From: Ministeria vibrans ATCC 50519 | Lineage: Eukaryota; Protista; Filasterea | Length of the DNA: 64,000 bases | NCBI GenBank assembly: GCA_943704425.1 | Contig: CALSCP010000733.1 | Coordinates: forward strand, 62,001-126,000 | Direction of reading: 5' to 3' | In this document: piece after piece, positions 48,741 through 60,377 of the stretch | How the letters are laid out: the number at the start of each line of letters is the position of its first letter | Position numbering within the stretch: position 1 is the stretch's first letter | The notes under the pieces: generated by a model | What the model was told of the DNA's origin: nothing | Database searches by the model: none | The model's input: the letters and a program-made list of their open reading frames with translations, nothing else | Program-made: the position numbers and the translations under genes

Positions 48741-50630
48741 ATGGTCTCGTTTACAAACCGGGACATGAAGGTGATGGTTGGAATTGGCGCTGGATGGACC
48801 ATTGTCGTGTTTGCCGTCTTCTTTGCTCGCACCGGCGAAATGGCGTCGCTCCAGGCGCATTCCCAAGAGCCACTGGGACCCTTGGTAACAATGCTATTAA
48901 GTGATGGTGTGTGTCTTAAAGTGGCGTGGCACAACAGTCGCACAATCTAAAACGGAACGGTCACGCAGAATGACCAAGTGGCTCTTGCGCCGAATACACA
49001 CTCGCCTGCTGATGCTATGGCCCACTCCTCGACAGCCGAGTGTCTGCACATCGATCCCCAGCTCTCAGGGTCGCCCGCAACTGATCTGCAGCGCTCCCGA
49101 GCCAAAGGCGGTGCGATTGTGACGCGCGCCAGATCGTTCTATGCTCTGCTGGAGGGAGTCTTTGACGAGCGCGGGTGGACAATGCGGCCACGACGCAGCC
49201 GAGAGCAAGTGAGGGCTAGTGGGAGATCTGTCAACGACCTTGATAGCGACGTGAGTGCAACAAGTGTGTATGTGTGTGTGTGTGTGTGTGTTGTGAGTGT
49301 GTGTGTGTGGGTTATGTGTCTGTGTGGGTTGTGTGTGCGCGTATCGTCCTTATGTGTGTGTGCTTCTGTTCTGTCTAGGTTGCACTCGCTTGGTGGGACA
49401 ACTTCAGTACGAAATATTTCACCAAGTTTGTTGGAAAGATGTTTATCGCATACATCGAGGTGAGTGCGATGGTATAGTATAGTGGGTGTCAGACTCGTTC
49501 TAATGCGATGCATTTTTTGTGGTGGGTGGGTTTTTTTAGGGCATTGGTATGAGCGGATTGGGCGGAATGAAATCGGACCAGTTTGCAGTGAAGCGGGAGT
49601 ACCTTCGCTCCAAGGGCTGTGAAGTGACATTTATGCCACTTTCCTATGACATGAGCACGGCGGAAGACTGTCGTGACTTTTGGAAAGACTGGAAAGCGAA
49701 TGAGAGTGCGCGAAATGCGCTCTGGCTCGTCAAGCCTGACATGTCAGAACTCACAAGAGAAAGAGAAAGGGAGGATAACGACTGATAGAGTGTACATATA
49801 GACATGGCGGAGGACGAGGCATATCGGTGGTGCAAGGAGAGGCGTCGCTCAAGACTGCACTGGGGGCCCTTGGGGAGTGTGCAGGAACAAAGGAACAGAA
49901 CGGGCGCACTGGCGTCAAAGGGACAGATGCACGAGTGGTCCAGCGCTATTTGGTGGATCAGCTTCTCTTGCAGCAGCGCAAGTTTGACATTCGCCATTAT
50001 ATGTTGAGTAAGTATGCGTTGTGTGTATGCGTATGTGGCATGTTATGTGCTGTTGAAAAGTGGCACACACTTCCTCTCATTTTGCTCTTACTCATTTCTC
50101 TCTCTTTCTCTCCCCCTCCTTCACTTGTTTTCGCTACAATTTTGTTCATATATGTCTGTCTGTTTGTCTGTTTAATTTTTTTTTCTTTCAGTTGCGAGCA
50201 CTCGGCCCTTTCTCGTGTTTCATCGCTATGGGTTTCTGCGTCGCTCCATTGTGCTCTTCAACGAGTCGTCCTCTTCCAATGCAACCGATGACTCTTCTTC
50301 AGCTTCCTCTGCGCTCTATCGCGCACAGCACATTGTCAATACGGTCCTTCAGCTCAAGGCGGGTCAGGATTCCCTCTCAGACGCACAGGTCTTAATGGTT
50401 TCTATGTCTGTCACGACTCTTCACATTGTATCGTTTGTGATTGTAGTGTGTTTTTTGGATGTTGTTTTCTCTCTCCACCTCTCTCTCTATATACCTTTGT
50501 TTTTTTTTGTTTTTTACTTTTTATNNNNNNNNNNNNNNNNNNNNNNNNNNNNNNNNNNNNNNNNNNNNNNNNNNNNNNNNNNNNNNNNNNNNNNNNNNNN
50601 NNNNNNNNNNNNNNNNNNNNNNNNNNNNNN

Positions 50631-50722
<92 letters not shown>

Positions 50723-51264
50723 GCACACTCATTCTCTCGCTTCTTCTAGAATGCGATTTGGCTGATGAGTGATCTGCAGCGCTATCTGAGTGTGACACAC
50801 AATCTTCCATCCGACTATGTGCGCTCCGTTCTCACTCCCAAACTGCGCTCCATTGCCCGTTTGGTCTTTGACGCCAGTAAGTCCCGATTAGTCCGCCACA
50901 ATGGCACCTTTCAAATGGTTGGACTTGACATAATGCTCGACTCTCACTTTAACCCACATCTCATTGAAGGTACAACAAAAAGAACCGATACACATTCTGT
51001 TCACTCATTTTTTTTTCTTCAGCCAATCAAAATCCTGCAGCTCAAAACTTCACAGCAGGCCAACACAAACTGCACTCTGATCTGTATAATGACTTGTTTG
51101 ACCTGGAAACGGAGCTCATGCTGAACCCGTCGGACAAACTGAGTCAGTTGCGCGAAGGAGAGTCGCTCTTTGGATGGGAGTTGGTCTACAATGAGAAGCA
51201 CGCGCTGTGTGGCATCGACTCCTTTGATCCGTGTCAAGCACAACGTGATCTGCTTCTCCCCTGA
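48741..51264 (+). CDS. Tubulin-tyrosine-ligase-like (ATP-grasp) protein with N-terminal signal anchor, multi-exon
   Basis: WLVKP, GGGRGISVV, VVQRYL..LLLQQRKFDIRHYML, STRPFLVF..GFLRRS, HIVN..LQ, FQMVGLDIMLD..PHLIEANQNP. N-terminal hydrophobic segment VMVGIGAGWTIVVFAVFFA. Confidence 0.82.
50525..50630. other. Assembly gap (N run) inside a TTLL intron; a smaller gap lies at 32716-32725
   Basis: Runs of n flanked by poly-T/(CT)n. Confidence 0.99.
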
Positions 51265-51403
51265 CCCCTTCAGCAAATTATTCCTCTATTTTGTATAAAG
51301 ACGACGTAATAATAATCGTAATTTATTCACTCAATCGATGAGTTCAATCCAGGTTTATTTATATCAGATCACTTTCTGTAATTAACGTTTATAATCGGCT
51401 AGC

Positions 51404-51977
51404 ATGTCCCACCACCCCAAAGACAACATTAGAAGCCGCGTGGATCGCTCGCCAGTGCCCAGTACGTTTGCTGTTTCCCCTTTTTTCGTTTGCGCGCGAA
51501 ATCGTTTCTTCTCACTCAGTCACACACACACACTCTCTCTCTCTCTCCTTTCATCTTTCTCAGCTCCGTGCAAGACAGAACCGTGTCTGTTGGGCATCGA
51601 CGAGGCTGGCCGTGGACCAGTGTTGGGTATGTCAAAGGAAAATGCGTTTTTTTTGAAACATTGATATAATAACGTCTTATTATTTGACTGACTTCTCTTT
51701 TGTGTGACTCACTCACTCATTGCAGGTCCGATGGTGTACGGCATCAGCTACTGCCCTGTGAAAGACAACGACCGCCTGTGCAAGATGGGCTTCGCGGACT
51801 CCAAGACGCTCAACGAGGAGCAGCGCGAGGGACTCTTTGCCGACATTGAAGGCGCATCGGCCTTTCTCGGCTACTCTGTCCACATCCTGGCGCCCCAGGA
51901 GATCTCGCGCGGCATGCTTGGACGGTACGGGCGCCGTTCTCTTGTGCCTGCCTGCGTTGTCGACTGACCTGTCCTCC

Positions 51978-52042
<65 letters not shown>

Positions 52043-53025
52043 CGCCAAGTACAATCTTAATGCGCTGTCACACGACACAGCCATTGGGCTCATTCGACAC
52101 GCCCTCGAAGACGGAGTCAACGTCACAGAGGTACACCCACGCTGTGTTGAGACTGGTGCGCTCTCTCTGCACTCATGTGAACACTGTAGGTCTACGTGGA
52201 CACTGTGGGTAAGGCAGAAACGTACCAAGAGAAGCTCGAGAAGCTCTTTCCCAACATTGCTATTACTGTCTGCCCAAAGGTACATGAGAGGCGCAGTATG
52301 TTCTCACGTCAGCGTGGAAGAGGAGGGAAGAGGGAGAGAAAGTCACAAAATGATGGAGAGAGAGGGACGAAAGAGAAAGAAACAAAGAGACAACGTGAGA
52401 GAGAATTGCATGTTGACCGCGCATACGTGTGTGTGTGTGTGCGTCTTCTAGGCGGATAGTAAGTACCCGATTGTCAGTGCTGCCTCGATTTGCGCAAAGG
52501 TCACGCGTGATCGAGTTTTGCAGCGATGGTCATTCGCAGAAAAGTCCCTGGAGGTAAGTCTCAACTGTTGACTAGTACTTTCCTCTCCCTCAACGACAAG
52601 TGGACCTGAATCCTCACCCAAATTCTGATGGGTTTTCCCTGCCAGGGTGCATCTGTTGAGTTTGGCTGTGGCTATCCATCCGACCCTAAAACACAGTCGT
52701 GGCTTCGTGAGACGTGCCATCCCGTCTTTGGCTTTCCGGGAATAGTGCGCTTCAGCTGGTCCACCGCTGTCACCCTCGTCGATAAGAACTCGGTCAAAGT
52801 ACGATCACACGAGTGCCCCCGCCCCCTCACACACTTATACATGCTCCTCCACCCACCCGCAATCAGGTTTTGTGGGATGACGATGAGTCCTTTGACGACA
52901 CTGATGCGCTTGAGAACGGCTCGTCCATTAGTGACTTTTTCCCCTCTCAGTCCAAAGTCGGTCCTATTCGCGTTCGCCATCGCTTCTTTCACCATCGCTC
53001 TCTCCACCACACAACCGACTTCTGA
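51404..53025 (+). CDS. RNASEH2A: Ribonuclease H2 catalytic subunit A, multi-exon
   Basis: [88 protein letters not shown]. Confidence 0.95.
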
Positions 53026-53114
53026 CTCAAACTCCAAACACACACACGCACACACTTTCTCATTTTAATTGTATAATTGTACCACACACACACTCTCTCT
53101 CTCTCTCAGTCCGT

Positions 53115-55130
53115 TCAAACCGCAGTGTACTCGTCCTCACTCAGCAGCCCTTCTTCATCTGTATCCACTCCCCCACACATCTCCATTTCTCCTTTCTCTT
53201 CTTCTGTTTCTTCTCCACACTCCATTTCCATTTCTGAATCGTACTTCTCGTTCTGTTCTCGTTCGTCCGTTCGCTCTGTCCGCTCGATAGTCTCCTCCTC
53301 TTTCTCGCTTACACTCTCTTCTTTTTCTTCTTTTTCTTCTTCTCTTTCTTCTTCTCTCTCACTCTCTTCTTTTCTCTCTTCTTCTTCTTTTGCGCACTCC
53401 TCTCTCTCTTCGCTCTCTCTCTCCACTTCCATTTCCTCTCTCTGATCTTCCTTCTCACTCATATCCTCTTTTTCTTCTTCCTTTTCCCTTACTTCTTGTT
53501 CTTCTGTTGATTCCTCCGTCTCTGTCTCTCTCAACTCACTCTCACCCTCGTCTCGTTGTTCCTTTTTCTCTTCCCTTTCATCACCCCCTCTCTCTTCCGT
53601 ATCTCTCACTTGATCTGCCTCAGTGTCCGTCTCAGTCTTTTGTTCCTTTTCAGTCGCACTTGTTTCTTCCACCTCAGTTACTTGCTCCTTCTCAGTCGTT
53701 TCTTGTTCCTCCGTCTCAGTCGTATTTGTTTCTTCCACCTGAGTTACTTGATCCTTCTCAGTCGCTTCTTGTTCCTCCGTCTCAGTCGCATTTGTTTCTT
53801 CCACCTCAGTTACTTGCTCCTTCTCAGTCGTTTCTTGTTCCTCCGTCTCAGTCGTATTTGTTTCTTCCACCTGAGTTACTTGATCCTTCTCAGTCGCTTC
53901 TTGTTCCTCCGTCTCAGTCGTATTTGTTTCTTCCACCTGAGTTACTTGATCCTTCTCAGTCGCTTCTTGTTCCTCCGTCTCAGCCGTCTCCGTCTCTGTC
54001 TGTCCCTGCGTCTCGCCACTCTCTTCCCCTCCTTCCTCATCACTCTCATCACTGCTCTCCTCATCCAACGAGAACCCCATCTCCTTCATCTTCGCGTGCT
54101 CCCCAACCAGCCGCAGCGTCGCCATTGCCTCCCGTCGTGTCAGCTCGCTCACCCGTCCCCCCTGTCGATCGTCCTCCTCATCCTCCCCCTCGCTGTCGTC
54201 GTCCTCTGTCAGCAGTCGCACAAGAGTCTCGGTGACGCCCTCCGTCGCTAGAGCGGCGCGTGCTGCAGGAAGCACTGCCAGACTGCGCAACGTCGCCGTC
54301 ACATTCTCGAGCGTACCGCTGTTTGCGCTAGGATCAGCGGCGAGTCCGACCAACGCCGGACAACTGTTGAGCCGCAGCAGCGCCTCCTTGTTGTCGCGGT
54401 TGTGAAACAATAGAGACGAGAGTAGTCCTGAAGCGCTCTCGCGAGCGCGCGGTTCGCTCAGCAGCGGGAGCAGATGGCGGAGAGCACCCGCATTGACAAT
54501 GTTCACCTTGTTCGCCGGTGAGTAGGCGAGCGACCACAGAGCGTGCGCACTGTGCGCCTTGAGCACCTCGCTTGAGGCTGCTTCCTCAAGGACATCGACA
54601 AACACGGGAATGCCCCCCATGATGACAATGGCCGAGCGCGTCTCCGGCTGGCCCGTTGCCAGGTTCGCCAGGCACGCCGCACACGCCTCCTGGCACGCCA
54701 GCGTCCGTCTCTTCTGCACGTTCTGCACGTTACGCAAGAGCCCCTTGAGACCGCCCGCCTGCACAATCCGTTGCTTTCCCATCGTGTTGCCCACAGACAT
54801 GTTGCACAGCGCCGCGGAAGCACTCGTAGCCGCCGCATTGTCGGCACATTCAACGAGGAACACGAGCGACTCAACGGCCGACAAAAGCAGTCGTCGGATG
54901 GCGTCCCGGTCGCCCCCGCACTCCGCCGTCTTCAAAAGACACCGCAACGCCTCGGCAGCAGCCCCCTGCACCTTGCGCACGCGCCCTCGACGCACCAGCG
55001 ACGTGAGCAGCTCTCCATGCGAAACTTCAAACTCCGTCGCATCAAACTCCCGAAGCAGCTCGTCAACTGCCTCCTCCGAGAGCTTTCGGGTTGCCAATAG
55101 CTCTGCGCACAGCGCTTCTACTCGACTCAT
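53115..55130 (-). CDS. Armadillo-repeat protein with long acidic Glu/Thr-rich C-terminal tail (single exon)
   Basis: ARM motifs AALCNMS..IVQAGGLKGLL, ACLANLA..IVIMGGIPVFV, ALWSLAYSPANKVNIVNAGALRHLL. First ATG at 55130. Confidence 0.88.
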   Translation of the reverse strand: MSRVEALCAELLATRKLSEEAVDELLREFDATEFEVSHGELLTSLVRRGRVRKVQGAAAEALRCLLKTAECGGDRDAIRRLLLSAVESLVFLVECADNAAATSASAALCNMSVGNTMGKQRIVQAGGLKGLLRNVQNVQKRRTLACQEACAACLANLATGQPETRSAIVIMGGIPVFVDVLEEAASSEVLKAHSAHALWSLAYSPANKVNIVNAGALRHLLPLLSEPRARESASGLLSSLLFHNRDNKEALLRLNSCPALVGLAADPSANSGTLENVTATLRSLAVLPAARAALATEGVTETLVRLLTEDDDSEGEDEEDDRQGGRVSELTRREAMATLRLVGEHAKMKEMGFSLDEESSDESDEEGGEESGETQGQTETETAETEEQEATEKDQVTQVEETNTTETEEQEATEKDQVTQVEETNTTETEEQETTEKEQVTEVEETNATETEEQEATEKDQVTQVEETNTTETEEQETTEKEQVTEVEETSATEKEQKTETDTEADQVRDTEERGGDEREEKKEQRDEGESELRETETEESTEEQEVREKEEEKEDMSEKEDQREEMEVERESEEREECAKEEEERKEESEREEEREEEKEEKEESVSEKEEETIERTERTDEREQNEKYDSEMEMECGEETEEEKGEMEMCGGVDTDEEGLLSEDEYTAV
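53650..53985 (-). repeat. 66-bp coding tandem repeat, 5 copies (TETEEQEATEKDQVTQVEETNT and a variant)
   Basis: gtttcttccacct occurs at 53662, 53728, 53794, 53860 and 53926. Confidence 0.95.
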
Positions 55131-55604
55131 AGTGCGATATTTCAAGAGAAAATTTGTTTTTGAAAATCTGTGATTTTTGTTTGCAATTTTAAAAAACACT
55201 TTGCTTTCAAGTGACTCAATCGACTCTCAATTGAACCCCAATCGACAGTTCTACAAGGCCGTCCAGACGGATACAGTGATGCATAATGCGCCACTGCATG
55301 AGGCTGCAGACGCGAGTCCTGCTCAATGGCACGGGACACAGCACAACGAACGACACTTCAGTCAGACTCGCTTCATTTTCTGACTGAGTTTGTTTTATAT
55401 ATAAGTAAACGGCAGATTTGCATCATTTAGTCTCATGGCATACGTCGTACTGGCGTTAGTAGTGGCACCACCACCCTCACTCCCTCAGAAGTGAACCGAC
55501 TTATTCGACCATCAGAATACGTCAAACCGCAGATGTTGTACAAAACGAGTTTTTCAGATCGTCAAAAAGTGGCGCATTTCATTCACTTTTTTTTTTCCGT
55601 CTCA

Positions 55605-56159
55605 ATGAGTGTTCAAGAGCTCTCGTCGAAGGCCATCGCGCGTGGCCAGGTTATCTACGATACGTACCGTCCGCTTGGAACGCACGCCAGCTTTGATCAG
55701 ATCACAGACGAGGAAATTGCGGCGATTGGTGGTCGACAAAAGTTTCTCGACATGTTTACGAACTTTTACACGAAAATGTTCGCTGACGAGCGCATGCGCG
55801 TGCTGTTTGACATGCGCCACAGCGACGTCAATGTGCCTCCTGAAGATCACGGCAGACGCCTTGGCTTGTTTATGCTTGCGCGGTTCGCTGGCGACACTGA
55901 ATACCGAATGTTGCGCGGGAACGTCTTTTCGCGACTTGGCGAAGCGCACCACCGCGCTCGAGGGTGTCCTATGCGCACCGCAGCGCACCAGGGACGCCAA
56001 TTTACACTTGCCCAGCGCAACACATGGCTCGGCTACCAGGAGCAAGTCCTCATCGAGGCAGGCGCGGACGCCAAGTTCCAAGCGAAAATGCTCAAGTTGT
56101 ACGCTGGCTATGCGATGCCCTTTATCGAGGCTGGCAAAGCGTGGCTCAAGGATGACTAA
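55605..56159 (+). CDS. Truncated (2/2) globin-like protein, intronless
   Basis: IGG..F..FYTKMFAD..LF, HGRRL..F..FAG..Y, proximal-His candidate EAHH, FT..QRNTWL: the pattern of truncated haemoglobins. Confidence 0.75.
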   Translation: MSVQELSSKAIARGQVIYDTYRPLGTHASFDQITDEEIAAIGGRQKFLDMFTNFYTKMFADERMRVLFDMRHSDVNVPPEDHGRRLGLFMLARFAGDTEYRMLRGNVFSRLGEAHHRARGCPMRTAAHQGRQFTLAQRNTWLGYQEQVLIEAGADAKFQAKMLKLYAGYAMPFIEAGKAWLKDD

Positions 56160-56217
56160 TGGCAGGGTCTCTCAAGAGTAAAATGTACCAATGCAGTGTT
56201 ACAATAATAAAATCCAA

Positions 56218-57723
56218 TCACCTGCGCTTCTTCTTCTTCTTCTTGTTCGTCTGGCTGCCTTGCTGCGCGGTCGCTGGTGCTGCGCTAGGTGCATCGCTGC
56301 TTCCAGCCGGCCCCGACGCGGCTACAGAGTCATCTAATCTTGGTTCTATTTCAGTCTCAGTTGCAATCTCAGCCTCAGTCTCAGCCTCAGTCTCAGTCGC
56401 AGCCTCGGTCGCAGTCTCAGTCGCAGCCTCAGTCTCAGTCTCAGTCTCAGCCTCAGTCTCAGCCTCAGTCTCAGTCGCAGCCTCGGTCGCAGTCTCAGTC
56501 GCAGCCCCAGTCTCAGCCTCAGTCTTAGTCGCAGCCTCAGCCTCAGTCTCAGTCTCAGTCGCAATCTCAGCCTCAGTCTCAGTCGCAGTTTCAATCTCAG
56601 TCTCAGTCGCAGTTTCAATCTCAGTCGTAGTCTCCATAATAGTGTCCGGCTCAGTCTCAGTCGCAGTCTCAGGCAGAGACGTCGTCTCAATCTCCGTGGA
56701 ACTCTCAGTCTCCGTGGTAGTCTCAGGCTCACTTTTAGCAGCCACAGTCTCGGGCTCAGCCGCCATCTCAATCGTCTCTACCTCGGTTTTGGACTCAGTC
56801 GTCGTCTCAGTCGTCGTCTCAGTCGTCTCCGGCTCAGTTTCAGTCGCCGTCTCAGTCTCAGTCGTCTCACCCGCGCCGAGCCTAATCTCTGTCGCAGTCT
56901 CCATCACTTCAGTCTCCTTACTCACCTCATGCGAGCCATCGTCCGCTGTGTCAGCTTTTGACTCAGCCACAACAGCAGCTTCCGTCGACTCAAACTCTGC
57001 TGCAATCCCCGCCTCAGTCGCATCCTGCATCTCAACCTCAAGCTCGCTGAGGGTCTCAGGCTCCACATCTGGCTCAGGCTCAACCTCGGGCTGCGGCTCG
57101 GCCTCCTTGGTCGCTTCCGCCTCGGCTCCCATGTCCCGTTCAGTCGCACTAGCACCCGTCCCACTCTCACTCCGGCTCTTCTCCTCCTCGTCGTCGTCGT
57201 CGTCGTCGTCATCCTTCGGCACAACCACAAGGGACGTCGCACGAGCGTACTCCTGTGGGTATTGCAAGGCCAGTTTTTGCTTGACAAGCCTAAGCGAGAG
57301 CGGACTGTGAGCGACGAGCGGCCCCAAAACACAAAACACAAAACACTCCCCACTCCGCGCTCTCACCGTATCCGTCGAAAAATCGAGTCTAGATCCTTTT
57401 TGGCACTCTGCAGCACCTCTGTGTAGTGATGAAAGCGAGGCGCCAGGCGGGCATAGTGCGCGTCGGTAATGTCCACAAACATTTCCATCTTGGCAATCGT
57501 CCGCTCGTACCGCCCAAGCCTGCAATACACAGAGCAAAAGGGGGCCCGGGGGGGTCAAACAAAGGGCACAATGGCACAGGTGGCAGCTTACGCTCGAGCC
57601 TGGTCGCGCCGGATGTCGCCGACAACAGAATGATCAACAAACTCACAACAGCGACGAGCGAGAACGCGCGCGGCACCAGGAATCTCCGTGGGAGTCGGTG
57701 GTGTACGGGGATCTGTCGACATG
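56218..57723 (-). CDS. KXD1: KxDL-motif protein (KXD1/BORC subunit) with a ~330-aa Glu/Thr/Ala-rich C-terminal extension; 3 exons
   Basis: Spliced reading gives ...LGRYERTIAKM..RFHHYTEVLQSAKKDLDSIFRRIRLVKQKLALQYPQEY, the canonical KxDL domain. The ORF-track frame for exon 2 is not the coding one. Confidence 0.85.
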
Positions 57724-58055
57724 GTCAAACCAAACTGTGAAGATTTCTTGAATTAAGAATAATTTTCAATTTTCTCATTACTCGTCGTATAGTCAATTGA
57801 GTTCACTTCTCATTTCCAGACATCCATGTGCGTCACCCTCCATATCCTTTTCCGCAACTACATCGAGAACCCCGTTCCCAACTCTCTATTCAGTGAGAGT
57901 ATTCACTTGCTCTAACCACACCAACAACAACAACAGCAACAACAATAACAACAACAACAACACACACACAACGGACTGCCTCCATATCCTGTTGACGCAT
58001 TAAACCCAAACAAAAAAGAAAAAGAACCTGTACATTCACTCAGTCACTCGATTGT

Positions 58056-58701
58056 TCACCAAAAGGCACACCAGCCAATGAAACACTGACAGAGGTTCTC
58101 CATCGACGTCGCCTGAATGATCAGCCGGTCCACCTGCGTCGGCACGTCCAACGTATCGTCCGTGTCAAAGTCACGACCTAAACACAAGGAAATCAACCAA
58201 TGCACAATCAGTCGCTTTCGTTCGTACCCGTCAACTTGGCCTGAACTCGATTGATGACACTCACAGCCTTCTCATTGAGCGCCTCGGGCTTGACCGCAGA
58301 GCGTGACTCCATTGCAGCAACACTATGTGAATGCAGATTGGACGTACTACTGTGCACACTGCTCGACGGCGACTCTTCCACACTGCTCGACGGACTTACT
58401 CCCCCTCCTACGCCACCACCACCACCACCACCTCCTCCTCCTCCCATCGCACTGGCAATGGTGCGACTGCTCACACTCGCACTAGCCCCTCCACCTCCAT
58501 GGTGGTCCATCAGCGACGTCACAGGCGACTCCTCATCCCCAAGTAGTGTTGTCTCTCCCTCAAATGTGCTCGCGCTCTTGGCCCCCTTTCCTCCCTTAAT
58601 CACCTACAACACACACACACACACACACACACACATCTGGTCAACACACACACACATACACACACGCACACACACACACACACACATACACACACGCACA
58701 C

Positions 58702-58748
<47 letters not shown>

Positions 58749-59597
58749 TACAGCAACTTATATCTTCTACCTTCGTCTTGGTAGTCTCAAGCAGACGCCA
58801 GTTGATCAGCGGGTCGTACACAAAGGCCTCCAGCACGGCCATGAGCGAGTCTTTGTGTGCGCGCAGCAGTCGCATCACAGACTCACACGTCACGCGGTAG
58901 TTTCCTTCAATCCCACTCACTTCCATTGCGTTGATCAGCATCCGCGTCAGTCGGAACGGAATCCGCTCAGGGAATTTGTCTCGATGCATCGCCACTTCAA
59001 AGCTGAAAAACACAAAAGAAATAAAAAAACCCCCCGTGTTAAAACACTCCTCTATTTGTGTGTAGTATTCTTACCAGTCACCAAAATCAATGTGAAGAAT
59101 CTTCCCACTGAACCGATCAAGCATAAGATTGCTGGGATGGCGATCGCCCAATCCCAAAATGTACCCAACCATCGACATAACCGCAAGCGACCGAGTGTAG
59201 TTGAGACGACGGTCCAACCACACCTGAGCAGCAGAGGAGAAAAAAAAAAAAAGTCGATTAGCGGCGCTGGTTAATTTTTTTGTTTGTTTTGTGTGTGTTT
59301 TCACCTCTGAGTTGGGACTCTTGAGCCACAAGACTTTGTACAAATCGCGTCCCTTTGTGTTATCAAGTGCATGGCGGAAAACCTCAATCTTCTGGGGCAC
59401 CGTCAGCTTGTCATACTCGGGTGCCATCTGCAGCATGAGACGATGCTCAATGTTCAGCAAAATCTTGCGCTGTTCACGGTAATCGCGAATGAGAGCATGC
59501 AGGGTATCGTGCCCCGGAACCCACCCCAGCAGACCCGAGTTGGGCGACAGTGGAATCACACTGTATGTCCGGATGCTCAAATGATGTTTGATCGTCT
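58056..59597 (-). CDS. TOR: TOR kinase, C-terminal part only (partial kinase domain to FATC); the 5' part is not in this window
   Basis: [119 protein letters not shown]. Confidence 0.93.
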
Positions 59598-59663
59598 CTA
59601 CACAAGTAAACGCGCGTCAACACACACGCACACACCACAACTACAAAAACACCACACACAGAG

Positions 59664-59694
<31 letters not shown>

Positions 59695-59979
59695 GAGATG
59701 TAACGAGGAATGAGATATTGGGGAGGAAAGGGGCATCTGAGAGTTTCGGAGGGGGGGATGATGGTGTGGATGGATGGAGGAGTGCGGGAACAGAGCGCTG
59801 GGGCTTGGACGGTGCGACGGTCGAGAGTGGAGCGACGGTTTTTTTTCTTCTTTTTTGGTCTCGACATCGACTGAGCGGGAGAAGATAGGGCGAATACAAT
59901 GGAGGGGAGGGGTGGAGAGGCGTGCAGGCGATGAAACGCGGGGTGGGCCAGTGGGAGGAAGGGGCGGGGGTGGCCGTAC

Positions 59980-60099
59980 GGTCGTGTCGGAGCAGGTGCC
60001 TTGGTTTTGACATGGGGTTGAGTCGCACTCTTGCGCCTGGCCAACTCCAGCGAGGACGCCAAGCAGCACGAGCACAAGGAGGCCACTTCGGGAGACCAT
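59980..60099 (-). other. Orphan first exon of a secreted EGF-domain protein
   Basis: MVSRSGLLVLVLLGVLAGVGQAQECDSTPCQNQGTCSDTT followed by a GTACGG donor. No continuation of the EGF is seen before the TOR exons. Confidence 0.7.
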
Positions 60100-60377
60100 G
60101 GACGCGCTTTCGAGGGTCGACGTAAGAGAATTTGTGAGTCAGTACTCAGTTCAAACGACAACAAGACCAACTTAAAACTTCAATCAGTCGTTTGTCACAG
60201 TTTTCTATTTGCCCATTTGTGGAAGAAGAGAAGGAGCAAACAAGAACAGATTTCACAAGAACTGAGAAGTGCACATGCCTGCCAGACAACAGACTGACTC
60301 AATGGTCATTGACCAATCCTGACTCGTTTGTAATGAGGTTGTGAGTGAGATGTAAATTATTATAATATTGATTTTTC

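Noticed and set aside
56159-57310. 383-aa Ser/Val/Ala-rich plus-strand ORF, plus the QSQP and RL repeat ORFs
   Set aside because: Antisense or alternate frames of the KXD1 Glu/Thr repeat tail.
57389-57676. Apparent signal-peptide ORF MPRAFSLVAVV... and the Cys-rich reading of 57370-57520
   Set aside because: These are wrong frames; a third frame gives a clean KxDL domain with consistent splice phases.
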